From contig NC_134034.1 of assembly GCF_964204645.1 (NCBI RefSeq), forward strand, positions 4,109,814 to 4,173,813: a stretch of 64,000 nucleotides of DNA, written 5' to 3'. Below are positions 29,851 through 43,875 of the stretch, in pieces. The number at the start of each line of letters is the position of its first letter. The stretch's first letter is position 1. Below the pieces are notes generated by a model, which saw only the letters and a list, made by a program, of their open reading frames with translations, ran no database searches and was not told where the DNA came from. Origin of the DNA: Tubulanus polymorphus (Eukaryota; Animalia; Nemertea). The position numbers were made by a program, and so were the translations under genes.

Positions 29851-31619
29851 CAGGGTCACATGCCCAGTCATTTTGTGAATGTCATTTATCATCTCCTAAA
29901 CTACGAATAGACCGAAGAACACTGGGCTAATTGTTTTCTTGATTGAGTGGTTTATAAGGACACAAGAGCACAACTTTACTGAAGGTCTCTTCTACTCGAT
30001 TATTTTGATTTGCTCCAGTTCATCATAGAAAAATGAAAATGTTCAATAAGTGCACTACTGAAAACACAATACTTATTTTCGATGAATGCGAAATCCATAA
30101 AAAAGATCACCGAGGTGTTTCTATTTTAAAAACAAAGAGCCGACCGTACGCTTTCTGATGCGGGTTTCCGACTATATCATTTTCTTTTATTTTGGCTTTT
30201 GGGAGTGACACGGGCGGCTTCGCGATTTGATGAAAGACAAGGTATCATATTTGGAGGACCCTAATATCTGATGTTTGTAGTTCTCTTTCGTTGCATGCTC
30301 CAAACCGCCAAAGGACGTTTCCGATTGTTTCTAGCACCCGAGGGCCTAGAACGACTTGTGAAGCATGGAAATGAGTTGAAGTTTTCAGTCGGTGGAATGT
30401 TACATTTTTGAGGTCAAGTGGAGCCGTTTGGACAAACATTTCTACCCCCAGGACAAACTTCAAAAAAAAGTCAACGGGCCTCCTGTTCTACCGGGAAAAT
30501 GACAAATCAGATAGACATGGCAGTAACTTGCATCTAAAACCGGTTATCTATTCGCGACATTCAAGCGCATTTATCTAGTTCCATATCTATCGACCAAATT
30601 GGCGCCAGTACTACGGTTGCATACTCATCAGTAACGAAAGGTTTTACACGTCTCGTCCTGACTACAATCAAAAAAGAAAAGGTTCTAATAAAATGTCTAT
30701 TGTTTGGTGTTCGTAGTTTTTATTTATTCGAATAGTTCTCAGGTTAAGTGTGTATGATTATTTCGTGAAAGTGTGCTGGTGAAATGTCTCGCTGTCTGCC
30801 GTTTGTAGTTATTTTTCAATAAAACATTATCTCAGGTGAAGAATAAGCCTTTTACAGTTTCCAGGCGCCATTTTTTTGGGTACCCGCCGGGTCCGCATTG
30901 TTGAATTATTTCGTCCCTATTTTTCCCCGTTTAATATTTTTATTTCGTTGATATCTCTGGATTGGATAAAGATAGAAACAAAGTGAAAATATCGATGGAC
31001 AAAGCTGATAATTAGTTGTTTTATTATATTACCCAATCATTAAGTTAATGCAACGATGCGCGCTGGTGAAGTTATGAACATTGATATCGTCTTCCCGATA
31101 ATTCAACTTGAAGTCAAAACTGTCGGATACCGACGGAAATTTACTGAAACAATTTGGTGTGCGAAGCAGGCTCTCGAACTATACGATGTCAAAACTAACA
31201 CGTGTTGCTCTCGTCTGCTGCCCGTACGTCAATATGACGTCACACACCCGTAGATCGGGTGGTTTTTCGTTCAGCGATCTGAATTTCATTCTTATCTACA
31301 AACCGATTTTCTGCGAAACTACTAAATGTTTTTTCCTCGCCGCTCGCTCGATCGATCATCGCGTTTAAATTTAACGGTCGGCGGTCGGTTGCTTCCACCG
31401 GCGGCGTACAGCGGTGTGGCGACCGGCGGAAGTATACATCACTCAGTTCCGGGTTTTACAAGTAATAAACACGTCATCGGACAACTAACGAGATTATGAT
31501 TTACTCGTTTAAAAGGTTTCCATCGACATTTTTCTATCTTTTGCCTGTTTGATATTTGACCTTGAATTGGGTGGGATTTCACGATCTTTAAACCTAGTAT
31601 TTCTCTAATACATAATAAG

Positions 31620-32140
31620 TGACATTTATATAGCGCAGGTATCCTAACCAGAGTGAGTTCCGGCGCACTCCAAATTCTGGTATCGTAACCCCCAGCCTAG
31701 TCGCGATCACAATAATTATCCTAATTAGAGAGCGCGTTCACACGTAAACCATTCACTCGATACTAAACAATGCTCAAACAAAGCGAAGTGGATCATTTCG
31801 GGTGCTAATTGCAATTCAAACGCAATCATTTGTCTGGTGCTAAAATTTGGCTCGGGCCTGGTCCGACGTTTTTGGTCGGGTCAAATTTGGCCCGGGCCAA
31901 ACAGGGTCGGGCCCATTTGGCACCCGTGTGAACAGTTTTTCCGGCCAAAAATGCTCGTGTGATCGTGGCTTATAACTCTTGTCCGTGTGTCAGCCATCTC
32001 TCAGGCAAGGTATCTATTTACTTCTGGGTAGAGAGATGCAATGAAGTAAGTGTCTTGCCCGAGGACACTGCAGTAAAGTACGGGGTTCGAACCCACGACC
32101 TGGCTTACCAGAGACTTAAACGCTCTGTCCACTCGCCCAC
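31620..32140 (-). mobile_element. tRNA-derived SINE interrupted by an AGCCGCGATC-family MITE (~31699-31970)
   Basis: The plus strand shows GGGGTTCGAACCCACGACCTGG...CCACTCGCCCAC (head) and CATTTATATAGCGC (tail). The MITE sits between them. Confidence 0.75.
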
Positions 32141-32844
32141 GCCTCTCGCTCGTGAAATTTTCTCATTCGCTTAGCTTCCCTTTTTTGCGGACTTCGTTCC
32201 CGAGACTAAGCCTATTTTGGATCGTTCTGACCTTCACGGCAGCAATGCCTTTGAAGTGTTCTAAATTTCACCTTGTAAGAGATATAATAATCTTCTGTAT
32301 CTATCAAACTCTCATTCGGTATTTGACCCCAATTTGGCGTAGGATTTCACCGCTCAAGTTCTATCGTATACATATATCTTCAACCATTTTACTCGGTTTT
32401 GACCGCCTATGTAGAATCTTACCGGTCCGAAGTTTGCAGGGTGACACATAAATCTCGATTCCTCCGAGAAACAAACGTATATGTGTTATTTGACCTGATT
32501 ATCTTGTAGAGACGGTAATGACGATCTGTTGCGATTAGAAAAAGGATCCCAAAGGCACGGAGATGCAGGTTGCGGCGAATTCGATTAATAATTTCGCAAT
32601 AGATTTCCCGCCTACACCACCTACCTGTCAATCACGTGACTTGCTATCATAATGACAGTCTACTGGGAATAGCTTCAAACAGGGATTGATTTAGTGGACC
32701 CAAGGGGCCGGCTCATCGTGTTTACTTTGCCAAGATGATATTTTTAAAGCCTTGATAAGAAGAAAGTTGCACAATTACTGGCAAACTATTGCCGGTCATT
32801 TTGTTTTGGAATCATTCTAGATGCTCGGAAGATGAACCGCTTAC

Positions 32845-32960
<116 letters not shown>

Positions 32961-33364
32961 CTGCTGGAGACCCACGGGCGGATTTAGGGGCTGGTCTCAG
33001 GGGGTCGGACCCTTACCTTCTCATTGAGATTGACAAAGATAGTAAAACCTGCAAATTTGACATTCATTCCTTTTCCTTTCTTTTGGCCCCTAGCCTTCGA
33101 ATTCTCCCTTGGACCCTGATACTACCAGAACACATTTCGACTCACCGATCACGTACAATCAATAGTTCATAAAGACTAGGATTTTGGTACCATACATGAT
33201 ATGTACTCAAATTTATATAGTAGACCTAAGAAGTTTTGAACCCTGCCTCCTACATATTCTAAATATCTGGATGCACCCATCATAGGCTCTGCAATTCCGC
33301 ATAGAAGTGCGTGTGTGGGTGGCCGTGCTCACGCCGTACCGATCCCACCCTCCTCGGATCACTA

Positions 33365-33666
33365 TAGCCGCGATCACACGGAGACAATTTGGCCCGGGTC
33401 AAATTGGCACGGATCAGGCTCGGGCCAAATTTGGCCCGTGCCTAACTAGAGAGCGCGTTCACAAGCTACTAAACAATGCTCAAATGGATCATTTCCGGTG
33501 CCAGTTGCAATTCAAACGCAATAATTTGTCTGGTGCTAAAATTTGGCTCGGGCCTGGTCCGACGTTTTTGGTGGGCCAAACAGGCTCGGGCCCATTTGGC
33601 ACTCGTGTGAACAGTTGTTCCGGGCCACGTTTGGCACAGGCCAAAAATACTCGTGTGATCGCAGCT
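33365..33666. mobile_element. MITE, AGCCGCGATCACACG family (full length)
   Basis: AGCCGCGATCACACG...CGTGTGATCGCAGCT, ~300 bp. Confidence 0.8.
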
Positions 33667-34304
33667 TCTCTGTCAAGGTCCACTAAAAATCTGCGCTGTC
33701 CGGTTCGACCGCTTCTGTTTATTTTGGTGCATGTTGCGGCGCGGATCAAATATTGACAAATCGTCGACGAAAAATATTTTTTTATCATTAATCTTTCATG
33801 AATTCTTACCGCCGTACGTGACTCGCGGGTATCAACAATATGCTGTCTAGAGCCAACCCCCTTTGATGAACCAGCATTCTATCGCCCACCAGGCTCCATC
33901 TGAGATTTTTGCTATTGATATCGATAAGGTTTATTCACGAATTAAATTACAAAAGATGCGTGAATAAATTTACAAGATATTGTAAAATGAGTGGTGAAGT
34001 TTAAAGAAACTTGTTACCTAAAAGGCCCAGCCACCCACACACTCACACACACACTCACTTCCATACACATTATACACCCCATTCGCACCTCCAATCGAGC
34101 CCTACATGACAAACGAAAATGGCCAGCATCGAAAAACGTTCCAGGATATTCAGTACATTGGTCATTAAAATTGAACTACTAACACCAGCCAATAATTATG
34201 GACTAATTTTATCAGTACACTTTCAAAAACTGATCTCCCTCCTCAATCGTATTGTGTGTTCAGGACTTCACCTGCGCTATCCCTGATCCGAAAAGAATTA
34301 GGTA

Positions 34305-34335
34305 CATTTCATTTCATTTCATTTCATTTCATTTT
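34305..34335. repeat. (CATTT)n microsatellite
   Basis: Pentamer run seen directly. Confidence 0.9.
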
Positions 34336-35796
34336 TATTGTTCCACAAAAACATGTTTTGCACAGAACATTTAACATTTCATTTTAACAGTAGATGGCAT
34401 TGTACAGCGACGCAAATCGTTGACAAGTTTACGTAAAGAGACACATATACATATACGCTTGGTAAATATTACGGGACCTCGTTTACGCACCCCCAACTAA
34501 TTTACAAAAGTTACTTAGTTTTACCGCCAGCTTGTGCGTATTGAAAAGTTGCCCCAGGTTTTCTATTGTTGGTACTCCCCAATAGTGACGCGAGAAAAGG
34601 CGCGCTCTTACACGTACATAGTATCACACCTTCAATAATTCTTTCTTTGTGCACTTATATATTTATGATATCCCCGCTTCGTTACATATGGAAAACGTCG
34701 AAGCAAAATAAACAGGACATGTAGTTGATTGATTAAAGGTCATTTATTAATATAAATTACAGATGAAGAAACTGAGTTGATTACAAGATTTTTGCTAATT
34801 GAAACATATTGTCATGTATATATTTTGAGAAAAGTTCAGCCAAAAATCGCCAAATATCCTTCATATGATGTGACAACATTTACAAATAAGTGCATCCAAT
34901 CATGTCATAAGGGGATTGATAAAGCAGCCCAATTTTTTGCCCTAAGACAAGGACGACTCCTATGTTTTGTATGGGAATTCATCGAGTGGGTCATTGTTTG
35001 GAACAATGGGGGTGGTTGAATGCTGCAGCTTGTGGAGGCTTTCAAATTCAATCACTGATTGACAATCGACAATGGGAATGACCATTATTGTCGATGATAT
35101 TAATCGTAACTTCAAATTACAGTGTGACAGATATAAACAGTATTTGCCGATGTAGACCTGTCTTCCAAGTGCGTGGGCCATGTTTTATTTTGTGAAGTTT
35201 TTCTAATAAATAAAGGCCGTCGAAAAATATACAAATTGATTCAGAACAGGAAGTACGAAAGTACACGCTGTAAGGAGACGTGGGTTATTTCGTGGAATCA
35301 TGAAAAGCACTGACACTCGACCAAGGTCTGAGCCTTTGTCGGAGACTTTTTCCCACCGAAAGTAGACATTACCCGACAATATAACGGCAGTGATTGACAC
35401 CTGACGCGTCGATAAAATATTTGGTTACGCATTCGTCTTTTTACGGGCTGATATTTACTCTCGAATTTCCGTGTACAGGTCACGTACTCTTCCACTCCGG
35501 CCAAGGTCGCTAGCAGACTGAACTGACGAAACATTAAAGTTGTAACGCGGCTGATTGCTGTTTCGACTCGGCGTTCCAGCTCTTTTGATTTGACAGCCGC
35601 AAATGGCTTCTTAATCGAAAGTTTGAGTTCATACAAAGCTGCCATTTCGGAGAATGCGACGTGGCGCTTAATGATTTATGTTTACACACTTTGACGCACG
35701 ATACGTTAATGAGTGCACGATTTGATTCCAGTAACAATGATATGGCTTCAATATGCCTCCGAATCAGCTCCAAAGGTGTGTGGCTTTTATTTCCCT

Positions 35797-36075
35797 CGGA
35801 ACCCAGTTTAACAGTTTTGTGGGTTGAATTTGACTCTTGACCCACCCAGTTCCGCTCACAGTTGTATGGCTTTAATTTGAATATGGACCCAGTTCCACAG
35901 TTGCGTTGGTTCAGTTGGACTCTAGACCCAGTTCCAGAGTTGTGTGGCTTTAATTTGAACTGGGACCCAGTTTCATAGTTCTGCGGGTTTAATTTGATAC
36001 TGAACCCAGTTCCACAGTCGTGCACTTTCTATTTGAATCGGAACCCAGGTCACAGTTGTGTGGATTAAAATTTAC
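35797..36075. repeat. 39-bp minisatellite (~7 diverged units)
   Basis: Unit is approximately GGACCCAGTTCCACAGTTGTGTGGCTTTAATTTGAACTG. Related units occur at ~20425-20630 (reverse strand) and ~50045. Confidence 0.85.
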
Positions 36076-37518
36076 TATATGGATGCAGAGTTTCCATATA
36101 CAAAGGTTAAGCTTTGGGTTAGGATTTTTGTAGATCCTTATTTTGTAATTGCGTGGGCTTTATGATCTATAGCGTGGAAGGTATTCGGCTCTGGACCCGG
36201 TTTCACGGATTTGTTGGTTTGATACAACTCTGAATCCAATAATTCCACAATCGCGTGTTGGTTTTCTTTTTGACTGTGGGGTTTTGATCCACGCATAGTC
36301 ATAGGTTTAATGGAATGTAGGGTTGATTATTCTAGGGACTTGACTGCGTTTTGTATATACCAAATTCCTAATCGGAGGTTCGTCGTCGTATCTACTAAAA
36401 TATACGCGCCTAATGTCATTATCAAGTAATTTCAAAGGTTGCGTCGTTTGGTCGAGATATGTAATCGTTTATCCCGGGGATGAAGATGCGACGGTTGATA
36501 ATAATGGAAGGCTGTCGGTGTCAGGTTGAATTGCCAAAACCGAACGAGTGGGCGGCTGACCTGCGCGGTAAACGTAATGCCTGTCAGTTCATGTTTAAAT
36601 TATCCACAGCCGACGCCATTCGTCGTCGTTTTCGTGCAAGTTGCGCGGCGGTTAATCCGAGCCGGCCTCAATAAAGCCTTCATCTGATGGCATTTCCCGC
36701 GAGGCCACGCATCGGCGCAGTTCATCGGCACACATCGGCGCCGTTTATATACAATTAATATATGTATATTCATATGTATAATATGATTATAAATCGAGCG
36801 GGGAAAAACGTTGTCACTCGACGACGAAAGTGGATCCACAGTGTCCTTGAAATACGTGTCCACGCAGTCGTATTCATTATAATCGAATTGACATATTGTT
36901 TTAAGCTCTCACACATTCGGATAAAAGGACAACTACCGGTAGATAACTCAAGATATAAATGCCTTCTACGAAGCGGATAAAAATTGAAGTTGAAATTCGA
37001 TTGATTGGATGATAGCCGATTCTACAAACGCCCACACGCTTACGCCCTCACGCTTTGTTGTCTAATTCGTTCAGGCCTATACCTCTTAATTATCTACACT
37101 CTCACTTTCATCCGCCGACTATTACTCACTTCTATCGCGGATTATCCCCGAGTGAAATTTCGATGACACAAAACGTGATCAAGCGGATAGATTAAACCGG
37201 TTCGTCGCGCGAGCGTTCGTCGAAAACTAACGGAGCTGACGAATTATATTATCGGTCGGCGTTAGATTTAAAGTCTACCCCCACGCTTCGAATTGGTTTC
37301 TTGGAATTCGACTCGTAACGTGACCCGAGATTTTAGTTCGCTCGACCTTTCAATTATTCGACTTTGAATTGAAAAGAAAAAAAAAAACGAAAAAAAAACA
37401 GAGGATGAGGACGATTATCAATAAGATGAAAATATATGTCATCCTCGTTGAAACTTTAAGGTCTTGTTGACGATTTTAATTTCAGCTTTTTTTTTAAAAA
37501 TAGTTAGGCCTAAACTAT

Positions 37519-37815
37519 AGCCGCGATCATACGAGCAATTTTGGCCCGTGTCATCGGGCCAAATGGGCCCGTGCCGGTTTGGCCAGGGCCAACTTTGGTC
37601 CGAGACTAAATACGTCGGACCAGGCCCGAGCCAGGTTTTAGCACGGGACAACTGAATGCGCATGATCTGGTTTCAGCAAATGACTCCGGCTTCGCTTGAA
37701 GCATTTTTTGATATCGAGTGATTGGTTCGCATTCGTACAGGCACGGGCCAAACTTGACTCAGGCCCGATCCGGGCCAATTCGGCCCAGGTCAAACTGGCT
37801 CCGTGTGATCGCGGC
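37519..37815. mobile_element. MITE, AGCCGCGATCACACG family
   Basis: AGCCGCGATCATACG...CGTGTGATCGCGGC. Confidence 0.75.
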
Positions 37816-40800
37816 AACTATTTTCTCAACTATCCACTGGTTATTTCTAACCGCATAGTACATGGAAACGGACTTCATCTCCGACGAGATGCACATCGAG
37901 ATGCGGATAAAACTTCGATAACTGTCCGAGACCGAGGCACCGATTGATAATCTCAATAATGCGCGCCATTGACGAGGAAGCTTATCGAAAAACGCATCAG
38001 GACCGACGGTGGTTTTTTCTCTTGATTACTGACATCTATTTTTGTAGTCGAGTAATGACCGCAGAGACGCGATTACCGGGGTATGTCGACCGGAGCTTCG
38101 TATATACAGTGGTTAATTATTTAGTATTTTGTAGGCACGCGGGCGCGCGCGCAGTTCCGGCGTCAACTCGAGGTGGCCAGATCAATTATATATTCGAAGA
38201 CTCGGAGGCCGCAGTGGTTCTGTATATAGTCCGAATAGTTCGTACGGTCAATTTTGCCGTTTTTTTATCCCCCCTTGTACGACCTTGCTACTTATTTCTC
38301 TGACCCTCCCCTATCCGTTCGAACATTTTGAACCAGCCCCTCGTCCAACGAATTGGCAAATGATATTATGCTTATATTATTGATGTACCTTTAATTGAAA
38401 AATGCCGAGAATTTAGTAATTACGAGGTGACTAACGAAAATGTATAAATGAAGATATTTAGAGCGGATTGATATTAGTTAGTAATGATACCGTAATTCGA
38501 TATTCCGTATCAGACAGTGTTTGGCATATATTTTGGATATCTCACGTCTACTAAATACGTACGTACCATTTTAAGAGAACCCAGAAAAGTACGTAGATTT
38601 TTCATTAACGCCTCCCCCCATACGAAGTTAGTACATTATTCTTTACCCCCCCCCCCCCAAAGAAAGTCGTACGTACGATATGGACGCTCCCATACGTAGT
38701 ATAGTGCACAACCTCGACACAGCGACCGAAAAAATACGTTCGCCGATACCGATAGTTCGTTACATCCAGTATGAACTGTAATTTTTGGAGACCCCAGACA
38801 AACTACGTAGATTTTTCATGATTTCGGGAAAGTATTTTTCCGAGATCTATTTCCGAAATGTTCGATTCCGTGTTTCTGCGTCAGGCTTATTTTGAGTGAG
38901 CCTGTAAGTACGTATACGCCATCGACGACTTGGATTCGTGATCGAAATATCGTGCCTCAGCGAATCGTGGCTGTGATTGGTCGGTTTTCGGCTCAACTCG
39001 GCTGGAACTTTTCCAAGTAGGCAAAATCCGGAAGATAGGGAATTAAAAGTCCTGAATTTGTATCTCAAATGGTACTGTAAATACAATTCATTGGGGTTCA
39101 AAGCCACTAAACAACTGCCGCAACTAGCAGAAAGTTGTAACTCCATTAGCCTAGATCTTGACGATTTATGGCGGTCTTTTTTGGTAGACGACTTTCAGAG
39201 AAAGCGATTCTCTTTTCGTCTGGGGATAAAACGACTTGTTTTATCGGATAACGTGACGGATGTTAGTCTGCTTTAAAGTACGTACAGATAGTGATTAACC
39301 CGGATTTTTATAAATATTCGTCTGTTCATTTGGCTTCTTATTCTACTGTACCTCGATGGTGCGCCGCCCGGAGCGTGTTGGAAAAGTTCACCGCTCAGAG
39401 GATAGTGTCCAGTCAAAAGCATTGTCTTATTGCCCGTCGTATAACCGAATTATGAAAATCGGCTTTCGCGCCATCGGCGTTTCTTCAATTCGATTATGAT
39501 GCAAACAAATAGAGAGCGTGTATGAGTCCTTTTTTTCTGGTTAGGATTGTTTGTTTTTATTCCCTTGTGAAGGTGCCTTCAGTATTCAAGCCTCGGCTTT
39601 TGTATACATCCTGGCTGTTGTATTAGAATTGAATTTTACATTCAATGATAAATATTGTAACACTCTCTTAGTTTATATCTGTTCTTGTAGTATTTAATTG
39701 TAATTCATTCAGAAATAAGGACGATGAAATGATATGAAAATAAAGAGACAAGTGTACAGTAAACTAATGACAAAAGCCACTCTGCAGTTAAATAGCCACC
39801 GAATGAAAACTAGGCAAGCTATCTTGATATTTAAAATTTCACTCAAAAGGGGGCATTCATGCACATAGTTACTGAAATGTGAATTTGATGCTGTTTTCCT
39901 GACGCGCGCACTTTGCTGAGTCAACACGGGCCTTACTTATTTCACCACTGTATCTACAGGAAATATACTATTTCAATCGTCGTTCGTATTTCGTATAGCC
40001 GGTACCACCGTTAAGGTCGCCGACCCAGGAATAAAACGAGCGCCAGTAAAAAAAAACGCAGCGCGTTGACTGAAAGGTTGTTATGAATATCATCTCCAGT
40101 TGCTTGAGCATATTTCACCCGGTATCCGACAAATCGTTAGAAAATAAACGACGAATTATGCTGTCAAGTTTATCGACGGGCTGTCGACGTTGACATATCA
40201 TCGCTCAGAGATGTTGCTTTGTTAGGGTTTGTTGTGCCGAGAAAATACACGATATTCGCGTTAGATAGATGTACGAGAAATCCCATTTTTTATCTTCGGC
40301 TGTTTTTTTTTTTCGTGGGATTTCTCTCGAATATTTGCTGCGCTATTTCTCATCACTGTTACAACATAGTTCACATAACGAAGTGTAATTCAATTTGATA
40401 GCGAATACGTACGTTTAATTCAAGTAAGTTACTAGATCGTACATTATCTCCTTTCTCAACATGACTGAATTAAAGTATGAAATGTATATCTATATCTGAT
40501 GTTAAATGCTTGTGTCCTGTAACATGCACGTATGATTGGGGGGTATAAATGTGTATGGATCTGAGTGCTGTGTATGGATCTTCTAGGTCATAATTGTCTA
40601 CTAACTTGGACAGTCGTCCAGCGTATTACATTGCAATATTCCGTATTTGATAAGATAAAAACCCACTATTTACAAATTAAAAGAAGATTGTTTCAATAAA
40701 TAAATTTCTCGATTTTAGATTTCTTCTAATTTGTTATCAATGGGTTTTTATCTTATCATCTGTTCACCACGTTTGAGTGTGGTTGTCGTACTATTTCGTA

Positions 40801-42255
40801 TTTGTTTTCAATTATGCTATGAGTTCGTTTTGTAATTCAAATCGTAAATAAAATATTATTGTTATCATTGTTATACTACACTAACCTACGTTTGCCATTG
40901 GACGTCTTAACGCACTTGCACCTGAAGTGGTCTTCCACGCACTTGCCGTTCAGAAGGACATATTCTATGTTTGTGATGAATTTCAAGGTCATTGGTTTTT
41001 GTATATGGTCACCAGGGGGCGGTGAATAGTAAAATTGTTAGATTATTGAGCATTTGAAACCACTTCCCAAGTGGGCATGGCGTCCCTGGACCCCTAGTTT
41101 CAATTCTTTGGGAAAAAATGAAAGTACCGACATTGCTATATAAATGCTGTGTATTATGAGCTTACTTGACGCAAAAAGCGATGAACCAAACTCCACGCTA
41201 CAACGACGATCGACGTAGAGAGAGAATTTCAATCTGCAGGTTGAGACCTCCGGGGCAGACCCTTACTTTCGGACATTCAAATGCCATTCTACTAACTACA
41301 ATAGGCTCCGCCCGAATCGGACCCTATCAACTCGGATTACCGTCCAACTCGGGTGTTTGTTGAAGATGTTTTTGTAACCACTATAGATCCCAACTCGGAT
41401 GTTGCTCAAGTCGGACACAGTTTTATGGTCCCGAAAGATCCGACTTTGAGTGGAGTCGACCGTAACCGCGTTTTCCCACTTTTCGATATCTAACGGTGCA
41501 AAGCAGTGTTTAGTCTTTACGAAGAAATAAATAGAATTGTTAAACAATTTCTTAATCAAAAAACTTATTTAAGAAGCTTTTACCGATAGCAACGAGCAGA
41601 GCCAGCGTTACGTTTATTCTGCACATTTACTCAGAGTGCTGCCCGCGAATGTGGTGAACAGTCGTTTCGAATGCAGGGATTACAACAGGTTTTGGGTATT
41701 AAACTTCTGATGATAATCGGACAGCTTGACACACCGTTTCATGCGATACGATCAGTTTAAAATTTATTACTAAAACTTGATTATTGTTGAACTCAATGCG
41801 GTACCTGAACTACGGCGTGTATGGCAGGCGAGGATCCGCCAGGTTTCGCTAGTGGTTACTCGGTAACCGCGCTTCAATTTCATCTACATTTCAATGAAAT
41901 TCGAATCATCTTTTCTCATTAGTAGAATTATTTCTAGCAAATCTTTTACCATACACTTATTGGGAACGTCAATCTCATATCTATGCGATGACTTGTTTGA
42001 CATGATTTCTATTTTGAAGCCTAAGTCCAGTTCAATCCGTATTTTCATTGCGCATAACTGGGCGTATTGTAACGCCATCTGGTCAGTGCGGGTACCCAAA
42101 TTATATACATCCCCGTGTTCAAGGGTTCGGATGAACTTGCAACGGTTGCGGAATTCGAACGCACGTCGTATCGATGTTGTTGTTGTTGTCACGTTTTTAA
42201 TGAGCGGCAGTGTTTTAACATACAAATAAAATCTCGTTTTTGTTTTCGATTGCAG

Positions 42256-43148
42256 ATGACGAGACCGGAAATGCGAACGTGATCCAGTTTCATTTAGGCG
42301 AAGAGGAATCCAAACGGCAGGATATCTTAGTGACGCACGCGAACGTCTGGGTATTCATCAAATATCGAAAAAACGGCACCCGAAAAAATCCGCTTCGCGA
42401 CATCAAATTACTCATATATGACGTAAACAATAACGGGACGCTAGGTGGCGCTGTTTTCGGTCGTGACGTCACCGTACGTCATTCGCGTTGGCATCGTTTA
42501 ACGCTGCCGAAGAACATGGCGCAAAGAATGTTCAAAAACGTCGACCATACGTTGCGTTTAGCGGTTATCTGCGAAGGCTGCGGTAACGGTATTAGACCGC
42601 TTTTAGCGCGACGGAGGCGCTTTCGGTCGAAAGGGGGCACCAGGAGACAGCGTGCCCGCATCGCCCGCATCGCCCGCTACCGCAAGTTACACAGCTCGTT
42701 TTCCGGATCGCGTATGACTAATACGAAACAGATACGTCGCCTTAACCGGCGTCGGCCGTTTCTGGTGATGCGAACGAAACTGAAGCCCAGCGACCGGCGA
42801 AAAAGGCGGTCGCTAACTTGCGACGGTCGCAATCGAAATTGTTGTAAGCATTCGTTTTTCGTAGATTTCCGTGATTTGAATTGGGACGATTGGATAATCG
42901 CTCCGCACGGGTATAACGCCGACTTCTGTACGGGTAAGTGCGATGGCTTTACGCCGTACAATTTATTTTCGACTTCACATTCCACGGTTATGAGCGGTTA
43001 TCTGTACAAGAAGGGCCATCGACCGTTCGATAGTTGCTGCACGCCACGCGAGATGGCGCCGATATCGCTGTTACACTTCGACGAAGAAGGTAACATAGTT
43101 AAGACCGATTTGACCGATATGAAGGTTGTGTCGTGTGGGTGTGTTTGA
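42256..43148 (+). CDS. INHB: Activin/inhibin beta subunit, coding exon 2 (prodomain, RRKRR furin site, 112-aa mature domain)
   Basis: Acceptor TTGCAG| is phase 1 and joins exon 1 in frame (G+AT = Asp). RRKRR lies at 42795-42809. The mature domain SLTCDGRNRNCCKHSFFVDFRDLNWDDWIIAP...HSTV...CC...CGCV has 9 Cys and closely parallels activin [32 protein letters not shown]. Confidence 0.96.
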
Positions 43149-43544
43149 ACAGAGCTTAATGTTTAATGGTGTATAAACGTGAATTCCATGACGTATGTGT
43201 TTTATTCCCCGGGTTGCCGCGGTTCGAGCCCGATCGTCTCTATGTCTTCGAAAGCCACTCTATTTGGTGTTTTTCCTTCTGTCAATCGGATAACTAAGGA
43301 CGACTGTGATTGGTTGAATCGAAGATGGTGCGCGCGAATAAGATTATCAGGAACTGACGCAAAATCAATGCAATATGTTTTTGGATTTTGTCCGCGACAT
43401 AGTTGCTGACCTTGAACTTCGAGTAACGACAGTGAAGCTTCGAAACGGTGCCTATTTTTCAGATGAAATAACAATGATAGATATTTTGACCGGTGGGAGT
43501 TCAGTAGAACGATTATCATGTACATATTTCCATGTGATTAAGAT

Positions 43545-43550
43545 AATAAA
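43545..43550 (+). other. Candidate polyadenylation signal of the activin gene
   Basis: First AATAAA noticed after the stop codon, ~400 nt downstream. Confidence 0.35.
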
Positions 43551-43607
43551 TCGATATGTTCATGTATGTTAATGCAAATACGCTTGACCAAATGCATTGT
43601 TTCTCCT

Positions 43608-43845
43608 ATCCTCACTCGGCAGGGATTCGAACCTGATGACGCCGTTACACTGAGCCACAGCAAGAACCCCTGCCACACTAGACCGGGTGCGCAGGTACAC
43701 GCGCAGCTTTTCCGCACGGAAACTTACGGTCCCAATCAGATTGCTCGTTGTAGGCCTATAATCGTTGAGGTACTCGGTCCAGTGTGACAGGGTTCGTACC
43801 GTGGCAATCTCGATGCCATCAGGTTCGAGTCCCTGCCGGGAGGAT
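43608..43845. mobile_element. Inverted pair of tRNA-derived SINE heads
   Basis: The minus copy (43608-43686) and plus copy (43774-43845) each have a GGTCYAGTGTGR A box and a GGTTCGARTCC B box. A third copy lies at 61722-61797. Confidence 0.65.
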
Positions 43846-43875
43846 GTGTTTATTCTAATGTCACCTGGTGGTGAG

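Noticed and set aside
35797-36075. CRISPR-like repeat/spacer appearance
   Set aside because: The variable halves are homologous to each other, there are no cas genes, and the DNA is eukaryotic. It is a minisatellite.
41884-42229. Overlapping 111-113 aa ORFs before exon 2
   Set aside because: They lie largely within a repeat end (41815-42095) and show no recognisable domain.
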